Assembly: GCA_038893995.1 (NCBI GenBank)
Contig: JAWAQK010000051.1
Coordinates: 1-17,318 of the forward strand
Direction: 5' to 3'
Length of the DNA: 17,318 nucleotides
DNA from: Candidatus Thorarchaeota archaeon
GTDB lineage: Archaea; Asgardarchaeota; Thorarchaeia; Thorarchaeales; Thorarchaeaceae
Positions 14,562-17,318 of this stretch are shown here, one piece after another. Position 1 is the first letter of the stretch. Each line of letters begins with the position of its first letter. The notes beneath the pieces were generated by a model, which was given only the letters and a program-made list of their open reading frames with translations, was not told the DNA's origin and searched no databases. The translations under genes were made by a program, and so were the position numbers.

Positions 14562-16979
14562 CTACTTGTGGTAGGTCAGGACCACTGTACCTGATAGGGG
14601 TACAACCCTCAGATACGCTGAGTCGCTACCCTGAAACCTCTCCAGGACGCCGGCACCATAGACTTTGACCATTGACACGGACCGGGACGAAGGAGTGTGA
14701 ACATGAAGCTCATCTGGCAGACGATCCAGACGTATCTCGACCTGATGCTGGTTCGCCGAGGAGCCCAACTCCACTGACACTATGCCCGTCCCAGTCGGAG
14801 CTCTCTTTAGTGACAGTGACTCACTACCTACGAACCATTCTTCTGGGATGCCTGGCAGCACCACGAGGTCATGCCGATTCTCTCGAAGCATCATCATCCG
14901 TGCGAGTATCAACACATCAGCAGCTGCCAGTATCGAGCACCCATCACCCATGCCGCTACCGGGCAGGTCGGGGTCGGTAAACTCCGGTACGAAACCATAG
15001 TCGGTCACATAGGGCTCGATACCAGCCAGCAGTGCCTCAGTTTCATCACGTTTTCCTCTCGCTGCGTATGCACATGCCAATCGAAGTGCAATGTGGGTGC
15101 TGTACCTGTTGTCACCAGGCCTGTGTCGGACCAGTCTTCTCCTCATGTGGTTCTGCTCGACCCACTTGAGAAACGTATCTGTGAGCTGGTCGCCAAGTAT
15201 GTTTAGTCCCGTCAGCCCAGTGACACTGATCAGGTCGGTGACATCGATGGGACCGGCCATACTGTCTAGGGCCTGTTTCAAAGCAGAGGGGTCGCTCTGC
15301 AGTTGCCGGACGATCGAATCCACTTGGGCGCGACATCGCTCTACAATCAGTGCGGACCGAGTCAGGAGACTCGAGGCATTGCGTTCCCTCGCATACGACA
15401 TGATGGCTTCCGATGCTGCCAGTATCCACAACAGGTCAACCAGAGTACTGAAGTTGAACTGGGTGGACATGCTCTGGCGCTGGGGGGCCTGTACCCCTGA
15501 CCCCTCCGCCATCTGAGAGATGGTCTCCATCTCAGATCGCAGTCGTGCAACCCAGTCGTCAGAGACCGACTCATCATCCGGCGTCGAGGGTTCTCGCGTG
15601 ATGGGGGCATACTGTTGTACGTCCTCGGGCGGAATCGATGCCAACGTACGAGATAACATACCGTCCAATGCTTCAGTCCAATTGGGAGCATTGCTCTCAA
15701 TATACGTACGGATACTGTCACTTGGCCGATACAAGTATGCCTGCAAGATTGACCAGACAAAGGGAGGAACGTCACGGTCGGACACAGACAGACTTCTGCG
15801 ACTCACTGCCTCGGCGATCTCCATGCAGACGGACTCCGTGAGACTAGCCGTACCGAACATGTACAGGGCGGACAGGACTCGGGCATACTCACGCCAGCCG
15901 TATTCGCCGCGTGTACAACTATCACCCATTACCAGTCCGAGGGCCCTACAGGCCAGGACCATCTTGCTCTGTGCCAGAAGACGAAACAGGACCTGTGATG
16001 GGAGGTTGATGCTCGTCGATGCCTCTGAGAACCCGTACCACTCACCGATGACCCTGTCCCTTGCCGATGAGTCCTTTGCAAGAGTCTTGCTGTGAGACAT
16101 TGCACCCGTTTCCAGTGGTGACACGAAGAAGAACTCAGCGGTCCGTGCTGGTTTCAGTCGTACGTCATATCGCAAGACGACCGTGCCAAGACCACGTGCC
16201 ATGCTGAAAGAGGTGTCGGACCGTGGGACGGTATCAAGAATATCTGATGAGAGGTGTGGATTGTCAACGGATGTCATGACTACACGACTTGGCAAGTGGC
16301 TCATCTCGAGCGCTGGTACCCCATTGACCATAAGTCTGAGAGATCGAGGGTCCATCTCGATGCTCTCGATGGGTTCAACACCGCATAGAGAGAACGGTCG
16401 AATAGCGACAAAGAAGCTTGTCGATGCCTCATCTAGGGACAGATTCTGTACGCGCAACTCGTTGTAGACTGCCTCGCTGTGTCCATCGCCAGCAAGGTAG
16501 ACAAGCCGAGTTATCACAATGGGTCCTGACTGGTACTCTGTCGTGTATAGGGGCTCTCCATCTGTCTCTTGCTTCAATTGAAGACCTGCATCCTCAGAGA
16601 GCGAGGGGAACACCAGCTGACCCCCCTCGGAATACCAGATGTCGAGAGAACCCGTATGATTCATCGGCCAGAGAAGACCGTGAGAGCTGACGAATGCGGC
16701 TCGCCTTCCTCCCACGCGACCGAGACACACCCAGTCAGTCCTGAAGTCGTTACGGAGGCCGTCTGGCGCTCCCGCCACGGTCCTGAGCTTCAGTGCCTTT
16801 GAAACCCATCGTGGGACTATCTTGGGCTCCGCAGCTGAGAAGACAACACTGTTCAGTTTCAATTGGATTCGGTCCAGCTCCTGTTCCGGAGTCAGGCCCT
16901 GAAGGTCGTCAATACCTATTCTGTGGAGCCTTGCCACCTTTCTGAAACGCTCAAGAGTCTGTCCCAGATCCCCATTCAA
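14562..16979 (-). CDS. Large six-hairpin glycosidase-like protein, possibly degenerate
   Basis: Beta-rich N-terminal region, long helical core and beta-rich C-terminus beginning LVVLPGIPEEWF...APTGTGIVSV, as in (alpha/alpha)6-barrel GH-like proteins. Has a PEF..P...GMGDG...AAAD segment. ORF is confident; fold call is an inference. Confidence 0.6.
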   Translation of the reverse strand: MNGDLGQTLERFRKVARLHRIGIDDLQGLTPEQELDRIQLKLNSVVFSAAEPKIVPRWVSKALKLRTVAGAPDGLRNDFRTDWVCLGRVGGRRAAFVSSHGLLWPMNHTGSLDIWYSEGGQLVFPSLSEDAGLQLKQETDGEPLYTTEYQSGPIVITRLVYLAGDGHSEAVYNELRVQNLSLDEASTSFFVAIRPFSLCGVEPIESIEMDPRSLRLMVNGVPALEMSHLPSRVVMTSVDNPHLSSDILDTVPRSDTSFSMARGLGTVVLRYDVRLKPARTAEFFFVSPLETGAMSHSKTLAKDSSARDRVIGEWYGFSEASTSINLPSQVLFRLLAQSKMVLACRALGLVMGDSCTRGEYGWREYARVLSALYMFGTASLTESVCMEIAEAVSRRSLSVSDRDVPPFVWSILQAYLYRPSDSIRTYIESNAPNWTEALDGMLSRTLASIPPEDVQQYAPITREPSTPDDESVSDDWVARLRSEMETISQMAEGSGVQAPQRQSMSTQFNFSTLVDLLWILAASEAIMSYARERNASSLLTRSALIVERCRAQVDSIVRQLQSDPSALKQALDSMAGPIDVTDLISVTGLTGLNILGDQLTDTFLKWVEQNHMRRRLVRHRPGDNRYSTHIALRLACAYAARGKRDETEALLAGIEPYVTDYGFVPEFTDPDLPGSGMGDGCSILAAADVLILARMMMLRENRHDLVVLPGIPEEWFVGSESLSLKRAPTGTGIVSVELGSSANQHQVEIRLDRLPDELHVHTPSSRSVSMVKVYGAGVLERFQGSDSAYLRVVPLSGTVVLTYHK

Positions 16980-17029
16980 CGTCGACGCCTCGGGTGGACC
17001 GATTGCTGACGATACAGTCCGGCGGGACG

Positions 17030-17078
17030 GTTATTAACTTTCTCAGTGACGTTTCTGGAACAATAAACCCTTAATAAC
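17030..17078. promoter_or_regulatory. Back-to-back BRE/TATA promoters
   Basis: TTAATAA on the minus strand (17031-37, preceded by GAAAG) and TTAATAA on the plus strand (17071-77, preceded by ATAAACCC), each pointing to a divergent gene. Confidence 0.65.
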
Positions 17079-17152
17079 AAAAGGGCATCTGCGTAGGCTG
17101 TTGGACGTAGGTCGGAACGCAGCCGTCAGAGCCGCCACCGAGTGTGACAGGA

Positions 17153-17318
17153 ATGGAAGAAGTACTGACAAGGCCATCCAGGCGCATCAGGAACATGATG
17201 ATGAAAGAGCTTCGCACGATAGCGAAGGACAAGGCTGCGCTATTCCTGATCTTTCTGCTCCCTGCAGCGTTGATAGGGATGCTCTGGTGGGTCATGGAGC
17301 AGAGCGAGATGGGGGGTA
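17153..17318 (+). CDS. ABC-2 type transporter permease, N-terminal fragment (partial)
   Basis: MEEVLTRPSRRIRNMMMKELRTIAKDKAALFLIFLLPAALIGMLWWVM... shows the typical KE-x6-D...F.LP start followed by TM1. Not in the ORF track because it runs off the edge. Confidence 0.78.
   Translation, partial: MEEVLTRPSRRIRNMMMKELRTIAKDKAALFLIFLLPAALIGMLWWVMEQSEMGG

Noticed and set aside
613-16802. Numerous antisense and alternate-frame ORFs in the track (e.g. 713..1288 -, 15520..16095 +, 3691..3936 +, 3953..4189 -)
   Set aside because: They shadow well-supported genes, have Ser/Arg-rich atypical composition and show no motifs, as expected in GC-rich coding DNA.
17071-17295. 74-aa minus-strand ORF
   Set aside because: It is antisense to the ABC permease N-terminus and ends in its TATA box.
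1-17318. CRISPR array, transposase/integrase, rRNA, defence genes
   Set aside because: No regularly spaced repeats, terminal inverted repeats with target duplications, or recognisable motifs were seen.

Overview
Archaeal chromosomal window, most likely Asgard (Thorarchaeota-like). This is inferred from a Rab-like GTPase, a longin-like protein, a gelsolin-domain protein, and archaeal TATA and Shine-Dalgarno (SD) signals. Left to right: a partial CDS; the porC-porD-porA-porB pyruvate:ferredoxin oxidoreductase operon; a hairpin-rich intergenic zone around a 44-aa four-Cys microprotein; a tightly packed minus-strand four-gene operon (Zn-ribbon-like protein, longin-like protein, ~15-TM membrane protein with an apparent 7+1+7 duplication, Rab-like small GTPase); a divergent stand-alone Lrp/AsnC ligand-binding (RAM) protein and a gelsolin-domain protein; a GNAT acetyltransferase; galT-galK; nadB; pruA; a large, apparently degenerate six-hairpin glycosidase-like protein; and the start of an ABC-2 permease. 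The best candidate for an undescribed system is the 4050-6651 membrane protein/longin/small-GTPase module and its divergent RAM-gelsolin neighbours. No tRNA, rRNA, CRISPR array or mobile element was recognised. All calls come from reading motifs by eye; no searches were run.
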